The notes beneath the pieces were generated by a model. It had not been told where the DNA came from. It ran no database searches and was given only the letters and a program-made list of their open reading frames with translations. The translations under genes and the position numbers were made by a program. From Candidatus Caldarchaeum sp. (GTDB lineage Archaea; Thermoproteota; Nitrososphaeria_A; Caldarchaeales; Caldarchaeaceae), in contig JAWBRA010000034.1 in NCBI GenBank assembly GCA_038844785.1, positions 1 to 14,962 on the forward strand: DNA of 14,962 nucleotides, written 5' to 3'. Positions within the stretch are counted from its first letter, which is position 1, and each line of letters begins with the position of its first letter. This document shows positions 1-7,497 of the stretch, piece by piece.

Positions 1-218
1 GAGGCTCGGAATAGAATACATCCATGAGACGTTTGGAGATAGGAATAGGGTTGAGAGGTGGTTTAGGAAGCTTAAGGATAGGACCAAGAGATTCTACAAC
101 AACATAAACTCAAAGACAGTAAAGAGTATAGAGGAGATAGCAGCAGCAATAGCCCTAACACACAACACACTCATAAAAACCAAGACAGAAGGAGGCGTAT
201 TACTTGGTTGACAGTACC
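1..218 (+). mobile_element. IS6-family insertion sequence, right end
   Basis: The transposase stop lies inside the terminal sequence GGTTGACAGTACC (reverse complement GGTACTGTCAACC), which resembles the GG-x-ACTGTC ends of archaeal IS6 elements. A host gene is interrupted right at this point. Confidence 0.8.
2..211 (+). CDS. IS6-family DDE transposase, C-terminal fragment (5' part outside window)
   Basis: Not in the ORF track. Frame +2 reads RLGIEYIHETFGDRNRVERWFRKLKDRTKRFYNNINSKTVKSIEEIAAAIALTHNTLIKTKTEGGVLLG*, with stop at 209-211. The RNxxERxFxxLKxRTKRF segment carries the catalytic E typical of archaeal IS6 transposases. Confidence 0.85.
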   Translation, partial: RLGIEYIHETFGDRNRVERWFRKLKDRTKRFYNNINSKTVKSIEEIAAAIALTHNTLIKTKTEGGVLLG

Positions 219-504
219 CCTCTGACCACTTGTCTCTGTCTCGGAAGTGTTCTCTGTCGCATATCCATAGAAAACAATTAATGGGATATTTTTGCATTAG
301 CATCTTCACCTGTTCTAAAGAACGCAGACCTGTAGTTTTAGATGGGAGAGGCCCCCTCGGCCAAAAGAGATATTTTCTCCCTTGTTCTCCATCAATTTTT
401 CTGCATAAGGCCTTAGTTAACCTGTGTTCTGTTTGTCCATCGCCCGTTATTAGTATGACGGCTTCACCATTCTGTATCTGGCTCGGGTCATTGACTAACT
501 TCAT
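219..504 (-). pseudogene. TOPRIM-like/DUF3226-like partner of ABC ATPase, truncated by IS6
   Basis: The first 95 codons contain VILITGDGQTE and LWICDRE, resembling the TOPRIM E-G-x-x-E and DxD strands. After ...DKWSE the ORF runs into the antisense strand of the IS, so track ORF 94..504 is chimeric. It starts 5 nt after the ATPase stop. Confidence 0.6.
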
Positions 505-509
505 GTCAT

Positions 510-1482
510 TTATCTGAGTTCTAAAAGATATGCAAGCTTCCGCGGATCGTTTCCCGATTCCAACAACGTTCGTAGTTCGTCGAAGCTTAGTGTTTGGTGC
601 ATAAGGATGTCGTCAGGTGTTTTTCGCAGAGTTATGACCTGTGAATCTTCAATTCCCACCTCGGCAAATGTATACAGCACGTCTATGCTGTGGGTGGAGA
701 TCGCCACCTGCCAGTCCTTCTTTAAAAGCCATTTCAAAACATTTTCGAGGAGTGAAGGATGCATAGAGGATTCTATGTCGTCCCAGAGAACGATAGATGG
801 TTTGGCGGCTTCAAACCATAGAAGAGGAATAATCGTTCTTTTCACACCGTCGCCTAGCTCACTCAACCTTATGTATGCTGACGTGCCGTCTGGAAACTCT
901 CTCCTCGCCTGCAAAATCCAAACGTTTTGGTCTCTGAGATAGTGGGGGGTAACCTCTGTAAAATTATCCGAAATAGACGGATTTACCACATCTCTGACAA
1001 CGTAGTTATGGGCTTTGGTTTTCTCCACCGTTTTCCAAACATGCTCACGAACCAGTTGTTCTTCTATATATCTATGAAGAGTAGGTGATTAGTAGCTCAC
1101 ATGCTTTGAATTAAAAATTAGGTGTGGAAAATCCGTTTGTATTTTTGGGATTAAAATGTTTCGTATCAGAATGCCTTTTGTATCTATTGTCCATTCTGCG
1201 CCTACCAAGTCACTGTGGTAGATTAGTGTCGCTGTGCCAGCATATCCGTATATTAGCGCGTCTCCTCTACTATGGTGTTGAATGGTAATTAGTTGTATAC
1301 GTGGGACAGAGTGTAGAGGCGTTTGATAATCGGGACTGGGTAGTAGGGCCAGAGCCTCCAGCACCGTCGTTTTTCCAGAGTTGTTCCTACCTATCAGTAT
1401 GTGTTAAACCGTTTTAGAGGTATTGTCTCCGAAGTCTCCCTAACCCCCCTGAACCATTTCAGCTCCAGCCCCGTTATCGATT
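510..1482 (-). pseudogene. ABC/AAA_21 (AAA_15)-type ATPase, inactivated by a frameshift and a nonsense codon
   Basis: Reconstructed as ITGLELKWFRGV...LKRFN, then an extra 2 nt at about 1401-1404, then ILIGRNNSGKTTVLEAL (Walker A), an in-frame TAA at 1089-1091, and SPTLHRYIEE... continuing in frame with ORF 510..1028. That ORF carries LSELGDG (signature), IVLWDDIESSMHP (Walker B/D-loop) and ISTHS (H-loop). The 5' end is approximate because no intact start codon is seen. Confidence 0.85.
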
Positions 1483-1507
1483 AGGTCGTCTTAACTATAG
1501 CTGGGAT

Positions 1508-1515
1508 GTATAAAA
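1508..1515 (-). promoter_or_regulatory. Putative archaeal TATA box for the ATPase operon
   Basis: TTTTATAC on the minus strand about 26 nt upstream of the inferred ATPase 5' end, a leaderless-type spacing. Confidence 0.4.
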
Positions 1516-1658
1516 CGTTGCCGCAGCCTATCTAGATGCCACAGACTCCCACCGACATGTAACAGTACTCGCACGCGGAAAGCGGTATCTCACCGTCATT
1601 CTATCAACCTTGTTGAGGAACGCTTCCGGAGTGGCTTCACGACGTTCCGACAATCTAC

Positions 1659-1664
1659 TTATAT
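1659..1664 (+). promoter_or_regulatory. Putative archaeal TATA box for the site-2 protease gene
   Basis: TTATAT ending about 21 nt upstream of the ATG at 1686. Confidence 0.4.
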
Positions 1665-1685
1665 GGGTGTAAACGACTTTGGTTA

Positions 1686-2882
1686 ATGGTGGCTGTCGAG
1701 CTCGTCTTAGCCGCCGTGGCCGTGGCTTGGGTTGTCGCGTTTCTAGTCGACAGGTTTATCTGTCGAAAGACCTCTCAACCCGTCGAGGCTGGAGCGGCAG
1801 GCGTCCACCCCGGCAGGAGGTTTTCCATCAGCCTCTACCCCCTGCTACTGATAGTGAGAAGCAGGGACGTAGCCCGGCCGCTGGACAACATCGTGCAACG
1901 GCTACCGCGTTTCTGGGATGCCGTCTCCCGGGCCGCTGTGGGTACAGGGTTTGGGCTGATGGCCTTCGCCGTCTACATACTTACCACAAACCTCGCCACC
2001 TACCTCTTCAGGCCCGAGCAGGTCGGCGGACAGAACATAGTAATCCCGTTAATCGTAGGCGTCACGATACGTCTCGAAAACCTGCCATACCTATTCATCG
2101 CGTTCGCGATAGTTTTGATAACCCATGAAGGCCTTCACGGCATCATAGCTAGGAGGGAAGGGCTGCCCGTCAAATCCGCTGGAATTTTCCTGGTCTTCAT
2201 CGTTCCAGGCGGGTTCGTCGAGCCTGACGAGCAGGCGTTCAAGTCCGCTGAGCCGGGTGTGAGGATGCGTGTGGCCGCCGTGGGCTCTTTCGCAAATTTG
2301 GCGGTCGGCCTGCTGACCGTGCTTGCGGTTTTCATGTTCTTTGTTCCTCAAGAGGCTGGGCTCATAGCTCTGCAGGTTGACGAAGACTCGCGAATAGCCG
2401 TGAACGAGGTTTTAGTCAGCGTAGACGACGTCCCCGTAAACAGCTACACCGTAAGGGCCTTCACGCTAACCATATCCGAGGTTTTAAAGGTCAAGACGCT
2501 CGAAAGAGAATACGTCTTTCAGACAAACCCCGAGGTAAGAGGCCGTGAAATACCGTTAGGCTCCGTAATAAGAGGCCTCGGCGTGTCCCAGGTTGATGCT
2601 TTTTTTAAACCACGTCTCGAAGGGCTTAACCCCTCATCCGCCTACACCTTCTACAAAACCCTCTACTGGCTTCAACTAGTCTCAATAGGCGTAGCAATCT
2701 TTAACATGCTTCCCATATACATGCTCGACGGCAGCATAGTCTTCAAAGCTGTTTTAGAAAGATATGTCAAAAACCCGCGGAAGATAGCTGGGCTCGTCAA
2801 CGCAGCGGCCTTGCTCTGCATCGGCCTGCTGGTCTCAAACATAGCCATGACATACAGCTTCTTCGGCTTCTTCCAACTATGA
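1686..2882 (+). CDS. Site-2 protease family intramembrane zinc metalloprotease (M50) with a possible degenerate PDZ-like insert
   Basis: HEGLH (HExxH), GGFVEPDE, and NMLPIYMLDG (NxxPxxxLDG), with multiple transmembrane segments. Confidence 0.93.
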   Translation: MVAVELVLAAVAVAWVVAFLVDRFICRKTSQPVEAGAAGVHPGRRFSISLYPLLLIVRSRDVARPLDNIVQRLPRFWDAVSRAAVGTGFGLMAFAVYILTTNLATYLFRPEQVGGQNIVIPLIVGVTIRLENLPYLFIAFAIVLITHEGLHGIIARREGLPVKSAGIFLVFIVPGGFVEPDEQAFKSAEPGVRMRVAAVGSFANLAVGLLTVLAVFMFFVPQEAGLIALQVDEDSRIAVNEVLVSVDDVPVNSYTVRAFTLTISEVLKVKTLEREYVFQTNPEVRGREIPLGSVIRGLGVSQVDAFFKPRLEGLNPSSAYTFYKTLYWLQLVSIGVAIFNMLPIYMLDGSIVFKAVLERYVKNPRKIAGLVNAAALLCIGLLVSNIAMTYSFFGFFQL

Positions 2883-2888
2883 GGCTTG

Positions 2889-3242
2889 TTATACCTCAAC
2901 CCACCTGTCTACGAACCGTTTATACCATCCGTCATACTCGGCGGGCGTCACAATATGGAGCTGGAAAGGTGTCGCCTCCCCTATCTCCCTAACAATCTCC
3001 ACCCTCAGGCCAAGTCTCCTATCTAGGTGAGCTGCCTCATCGGTTATGATCAAAACGTCTATGTCGCTGTCAGGCCGCATAGAGCCTTTGACGAAGCTTC
3101 CGAAAAGGAGCACTCTGGCTGAGGGGTCATGGCGTCTCACCACCTCTCTTATCAACCTAGCATACTCCCACACCTCTTCATAGCAACGCCGCTTCTCAGC
3201 CCTAATCTCCAGCAAAACATCAATCAGGTCTTTTCCAGCCAT
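2889..3242 (-). CDS. Minimal nucleotidyltransferase (MNT)
   Basis: LFGSFVKG...DSDIDVLI motif in a 117 aa protein that overlaps the HEPN gene. Confidence 0.9.
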   Translation of the reverse strand: MAGKDLIDVLLEIRAEKRRCYEEVWEYARLIREVVRRHDPSARVLLFGSFVKGSMRPDSDIDVLIITDEAAHLDRRLGLRVEIVREIGEATPFQLHIVTPAEYDGWYKRFVDRWVEV

Positions 3243-3619
3243 TCAAACATCTCCTTGAGCCGTGTGGAAAAACCAAGCACTCTCTCAGCTATATCCCTCC
3301 CATAGCTTCTAGGCAAGTACCTGGATGATATGTATGATTCCTCAAGCAGGACAAGCATCTCCATGTTACTTCGGTAGAACTCGGCTACAGCTGTCGAGTC
3401 ATATGCTTTGGACAGCTGTTTAAACAGCTCCAGCGGCGAATGAGTTCTAGGGAAATCGCCTAACCTTCTGTAAAGCAAATGCTTGAGATAGAGCTGCATA
3501 AACTGCTCCACATGAAATAGCACGAGGTCATACTCCCCTCTCTCAAAGTCAGTTTGCGCGTCGGCCAAGAAGGCCAAAGCCCTTCTCTTAAGAAACTCTA
3601 CCTCACCCAACCTTGCCAT
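3224..3619 (-). CDS. HEPN domain protein
   Basis: FLADA..DF..GEYDL..FH.EQ...LYLK, FPRTH and YISSRY match archaeal HEPN proteins. ATG at 3619 is preferred over the track start at 3634. Confidence 0.9.
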   Translation of the reverse strand: MARLGEVEFLKRRALAFLADAQTDFERGEYDLVLFHVEQFMQLYLKHLLYRRLGDFPRTHSPLELFKQLSKAYDSTAVAEFYRSNMEMLVLLEESYISSRYLPRSYGRDIAERVLGFSTRLKEMFEWLEKT

Positions 3620-3642
3620 AACATCTTTAGGCAAGGCTGCTC

Positions 3643-4572
3643 TTAAGCTGTTGTTAGGGTTTGAATCAGCTCGCAGACCCTGCAGGTTTCACGGCTTGTA
3701 GGCTCTCCACAGTGTTTGCAGAAACGAAGGCTTTTCACGTTTTGGCTGGATACTCTTTCGAAGCTTTTTAGCGCTGCGAACAGCGAGCCTGGATGCTTCT
3801 CCTCGAACTCCGCCAAGAATCTTCTAATCGGGCTGCGCATAGTGTTTGAAGCATTTGGACAGACATGGGTTTGGAAGGGAATGCCTGTTGTATACGCGTA
3901 GAAGACAACCTCTCTTTCAGGAGTGAGGCGGAAAGGTGCTACACGCGGTATCGCAGGCCCTTCAGACCTTAGCCCAACCTCAGAGTTTCCCAGCTCGCCT
4001 CTCAAAGCTTTCAGCAAGTATGTCTGAACTATGTCGTCCAAGGTGTGTGCCGTTGCAACGACCGTGGCGCCGAAACGCTTGGCAGCAATGTTTATCGCTT
4101 TGCGTCTAAGAGGGCCGCACACGCTGCAGGCGGCTAGACCGCTCTGCTTAAACAAAGGGCTTGCAACAATCTTGGACAGCGTTACACCGTACACTTCTTC
4201 AAACGACGTTTTGACCAGCGGCACCCCAAGCTTGGCAGCTGTCTGGCTGACAAGCTCCAACGCTTCATCTCTGTAGCCTTCAATCCCTTCATCGACCGTT
4301 ACGGCAAAAAGCTCGGCCTTCGGAAAGTTGGACTCTATCCTCTTCAAAACACGGAGGAGGGAGAGGCTGTCCTTACCGCCTGAAACAGCGACGGCTATCC
4401 GGTCGTCTTTCCTCAAAAGCCTGTAGCGGGCAATCGTCCGTGCGACTCGTTTCTCAAAAGTTTTGACAAAACATTTTCTACAAAGCCTCTCTCCAGAGTA
4501 AACCCTGTGATAGACTACCCTGCCTTCGCCGCAAACGTTGCACTCAGCTGATTGCTGGAGGGTCGTCAGCAT
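3643..4572 (-). CDS. ncsA: tRNA 2-thiolation protein, TtuA/NcsA/Ctu1 family (TIGR00269-like)
   Basis: N-terminal CNVC...CRKC zinc finger, PP-loop SGGKDS, CSVC plus a distal C (HVCP) as Fe-S ligands, HTLDD, and a C-terminal CKHC...CRVC. Start moved to ATG 4572 to avoid a long overlap with the upstream gene. Confidence 0.88.
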   Translation of the reverse strand: MLTTLQQSAECNVCGEGRVVYHRVYSGERLCRKCFVKTFEKRVARTIARYRLLRKDDRIAVAVSGGKDSLSLLRVLKRIESNFPKAELFAVTVDEGIEGYRDEALELVSQTAAKLGVPLVKTSFEEVYGVTLSKIVASPLFKQSGLAACSVCGPLRRKAINIAAKRFGATVVATAHTLDDIVQTYLLKALRGELGNSEVGLRSEGPAIPRVAPFRLTPEREVVFYAYTTGIPFQTHVCPNASNTMRSPIRRFLAEFEEKHPGSLFAALKSFERVSSQNVKSLRFCKHCGEPTSRETCRVCELIQTLTTA

Positions 4573-4600
4573 CCCCTGCCGATACCGTTCTACGATTATT

Positions 4601-6148
4601 TTAAGCATCGCCCTCTGATTCAACGCCGAGAATAATCTTCCCCGGCTTCGCTTTGTATGCAGGCACTCCAACAGCCACCACTATAACGTTCTCTTTACCG
4701 CTTGCGTGAGGTGAGAAAAACTCTTTCACGTCATCGTCGTAGAACGTCAACCCTGTTGCACCGACTCCTACTGCGTAGGCTGCTAGGTAGGCTAGGCCTG
4801 CTCTGATCCCGCCTTCGAGCTGGACAACCCTGTATCCACGGTTGCCCAAGTGTTGGAGAACGTTCTCCAGAGGTGTCGTTATGAAAAGCACGGCCGCTGC
4901 GTCGCTTCCCAGCTCCTGCTCAAGACATAGATAGCCGCTGACCCTCCTAAACTCGCCAGCCTTCAACAGCTTCAGTCTCTCGCCGTCGAAGAAGTAGGCG
5001 CCAGGCTTCATCCCGTTGACGGCGTTGACTATGAGGTAAATGTTTGTCAATGGATTGTTAAAATCGGCGACAAACCTTGCTGAGGATGCTTTGAGGATTG
5101 TGGAGAGCTGTGGAAAGCTTATGGGCTGTCTGCTGAAACGTCTTGTCGAGCCGCGTCGTAGTATCACCTCCCAAAGCGGCGGCCCAACATCTTCGACAGG
5201 GTTGATGGACAGGCTATCTTCAGCTGGTTCGGCAGACGGTGGGGCTGAGACAGCCTTTTCCCTCCAGCCCTGCAGCTCCTCAACAGTAGTTATGGATGAG
5301 GCTTTATGGATCTCTTCAACAAGCTTATAGACAGTCTCTCTTTTTGACAAAGGCTTTACACGGGGGGTTAAAACAGCAACCTCATCCGTCTCAGGCGGTT
5401 TTTTCTGGGATAGACCCAGCGGAACTATTATTATCGCAGCCTCCTTAACCCCGTCAACAGCCACGAGGCTGTTGACCTTTTCGTCAACAAACCCTGTCAC
5501 AACACGTGCCTGCAGACCGAAAGCCCTGCAAACAGCCAGCAGGTTTGCAACCATGGTCCCCGAGTCCCAGAACCAGTGTCTGTAAGACCTCTCACGATAT
5601 TTCCAAGCATTCCGCCATCCGATAGAGGTGAAGACCAGCGAGGCTTGGCACATGCCTACATCCTCATGCGAATACTTGGCCAGAAAACTTCTGAAGTCGC
5701 CGCTTCTCAAAATAGTCAGATTGAAGCCGTATGGGCTGAAGTGGTAAACCCCTTCTGCAAGACCTCCAACATCGCCTGCGACAACGTAGACCTCGGTAGG
5801 GTAGAGAGCCCCAGTAGCTGGGGCTGCTCTAAAATAGTGAACACCGTCGACGTATCTGACGGCTCGAGTTATCCCTGCAGTGAAAAAAAGCAGAGATGAA
5901 AGTATGCCGATGTCCAAACTTCCATCACGGGCCCGGTCCAGCTCGTTCAAACACGTTATAGAGTGTAGCCCGGGTTTTGGGATTGTTCGTGGAAGAGCTA
6001 TTGTTGGAAGCCCTTCATATATCTTAAAAGGATACGGCCTGTTCCCCCAATCCAGCCTGTGGAAAACCGTCCGCACGCTTACGTAGCTGTGTTTCGTGTT
6101 TTCGTGAAATTTCAACGCCTCCCGATAATCTTTAACGCTTGAACCCAT
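4601..6148 (-). CDS. SagB/ThcOx-family FMN-dependent dehydrogenase with two nitroreductase-like domains
   Basis: FHENTKH, FRAAPATGALYPTEVY and KYRERSYRH..WDSG in the first domain. RRGSTRRF and YRVVQLEGG...GATG in the second. ATG at 6148 is preferred. Confidence 0.88.
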   Translation of the reverse strand: MGSSVKDYREALKFHENTKHSYVSVRTVFHRLDWGNRPYPFKIYEGLPTIALPRTIPKPGLHSITCLNELDRARDGSLDIGILSSLLFFTAGITRAVRYVDGVHYFRAAPATGALYPTEVYVVAGDVGGLAEGVYHFSPYGFNLTILRSGDFRSFLAKYSHEDVGMCQASLVFTSIGWRNAWKYRERSYRHWFWDSGTMVANLLAVCRAFGLQARVVTGFVDEKVNSLVAVDGVKEAAIIIVPLGLSQKKPPETDEVAVLTPRVKPLSKRETVYKLVEEIHKASSITTVEELQGWREKAVSAPPSAEPAEDSLSINPVEDVGPPLWEVILRRGSTRRFSRQPISFPQLSTILKASSARFVADFNNPLTNIYLIVNAVNGMKPGAYFFDGERLKLLKAGEFRRVSGYLCLEQELGSDAAAVLFITTPLENVLQHLGNRGYRVVQLEGGIRAGLAYLAAYAVGVGATGLTFYDDDVKEFFSPHASGKENVIVVAVGVPAYKAKPGKIILGVESEGDA

Positions 6149-6202
6149 ACACCACACACAGCATAAACGCAGGTAATAAGCAGTTTCTATATGTTTGACG
6201 GT

Positions 6203-7399
6203 TTAGAGCTGGTTGGAGAACACTCTCACCGCATCCGACAGAATAGCCCTCCCCGCTTCAAGTCTGTAAGTATATGTTTCAAGGTTTTTGAGAGTTTGGT
6301 CAACAACGTTATCAAGCCCAAGCCTCGACCACTCATCTTCCACACGGTCGAAGCGGGCGGCTGTTACGGCATGTCTCGCTACTATCGAGCAGCAGTCTTT
6401 GTAGTTTTTCTGCACTACTTCACTTATTTCGAATTTGTTGGCCAGCTCTATTATGTCGTTTTTCCCTAGGCCTATAAGTGGTTGAAACACAGGTATTTCA
6501 GTTGTGGGTTTGACGGCGGCTATGTTTGCCAAGGTCTGTGAAGCTACTTGTGCAAGGCTGTCGCCTAACACTATCGCATCGTATCTTTCTGTCTTTGCCA
6601 ATTGCTCGGCTGTTCTCAGCATGTATTTTCGGAAAAGGAGAAGCTCTAGACGGCTTGGCTTTTCGAGAACAGCTTTGTAGAAGGGTGTGAAGCTTGCCAT
6701 GTACAGCTTCGTTCTCAAACCATACTGTGTTAGTTTTTCGACAACCTGAGCCATCTTCGTCTCTAAAGCTTCTTCAGAAGACCTGTAGCTGTGGAAGTGG
6801 AGGAAGTCTACCCTGCATCCCCTCCTCATCATCAGGATGGATGCTACGGCTGAATCCACGCCTCCTGAGAGAAGGCTGAGGACTTTTCCGCTGGTTCCGA
6901 CAGGCAGGCCGTCGAAGCCTTTCAGCTTTTTTAAGTAAACGTAAGCGTTGTTTCTGGTTATCTCAACGTTCAGCTCAGCCTCCGATTTCCTGTCCGTTTT
7001 CACACCCAGCTGCTTTTCCACCAGCTGAGAAAGATGTATTCGGACGTCTTGAGATGTGAAGGGATGCTGTTTGTAAGATCTTTTGACGTCTATTGCTATG
7101 GTTGTTGCGTTGGATTCGGCTAAGGTTTTCAGGACTGTTTCACTAATCGCCTCTACCGATGGTTCGCATCTGAAGCCGGCTCCAACATGGCTTACGCCGA
7201 AGACCTTTCTAGCCCTGTTCATCAAATCGTCTAAAGGCTCGGGCGGGTTGTTTATCACCAAGCGGTTTTCATCTCTAACCAGTTTCAAATCCTTGCCCAA
7301 CACATACCTGATGTTGTCCGCTAGCTTCTTCTCGAAGAAAGATCTTTTCTTTCTCTTCAACGCAATCTCCGAATGATGGATGACTAGAACCTTCTCCAT
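6203..7399 (-). CDS. thiI: tRNA 4-thiouridine synthase ThiI, short form without rhodanese domain
   Basis: SEIALK N-terminus, THUMP region, GLPVGTSGKVLSLLSGGVDS PP-loop, GDSLAQVASQTLAN, and YKDCC. ATG at 7399 is preferred. Confidence 0.93.
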   Translation of the reverse strand: MEKVLVIHHSEIALKRKKRSFFEKKLADNIRYVLGKDLKLVRDENRLVINNPPEPLDDLMNRARKVFGVSHVGAGFRCEPSVEAISETVLKTLAESNATTIAIDVKRSYKQHPFTSQDVRIHLSQLVEKQLGVKTDRKSEAELNVEITRNNAYVYLKKLKGFDGLPVGTSGKVLSLLSGGVDSAVASILMMRRGCRVDFLHFHSYRSSEEALETKMAQVVEKLTQYGLRTKLYMASFTPFYKAVLEKPSRLELLLFRKYMLRTAEQLAKTERYDAIVLGDSLAQVASQTLANIAAVKPTTEIPVFQPLIGLGKNDIIELANKFEISEVVQKNYKDCCSIVARHAVTAARFDRVEDEWSRLGLDNVVDQTLKNLETYTYRLEAGRAILSDAVRVFSNQL

Positions 7400-7497
7400 C
7401 CCATGCACGGTGTGTGAAAACTTTCTAAAATTGTTTTACGGCTGACGGCGGCGATTTGGGGAAAAGGTTTACTTATTGCCAAGGGTTTTACGGCGGG

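Noticed and set aside
94-218. Hydrophobic C-terminus of ORF 94..504 as a real TM helix
   Set aside because: It is the antisense reading of the IS6 transposase tail.
510-1364. ORFs 510..1028 and 1089..1364 as two separate genes, or a recoded stop
   Set aside because: They are in frame and separated by one TAA, which is neither the Sec codon TGA nor the Pyl codon TAG. A further frameshift upstream indicates a pseudogene.
1516-1658. Possible tRNA or ncRNA in the intergenic gap
   Set aside because: No cloverleaf, T-loop or convincing C/D box pair could be identified by eye.
4601-6148. RiPP (TOMM/LAP) biosynthetic cluster
   Set aside because: No YcaO, E1-like scaffold or Cys/Ser/Thr-rich precursor gene is visible in the window.
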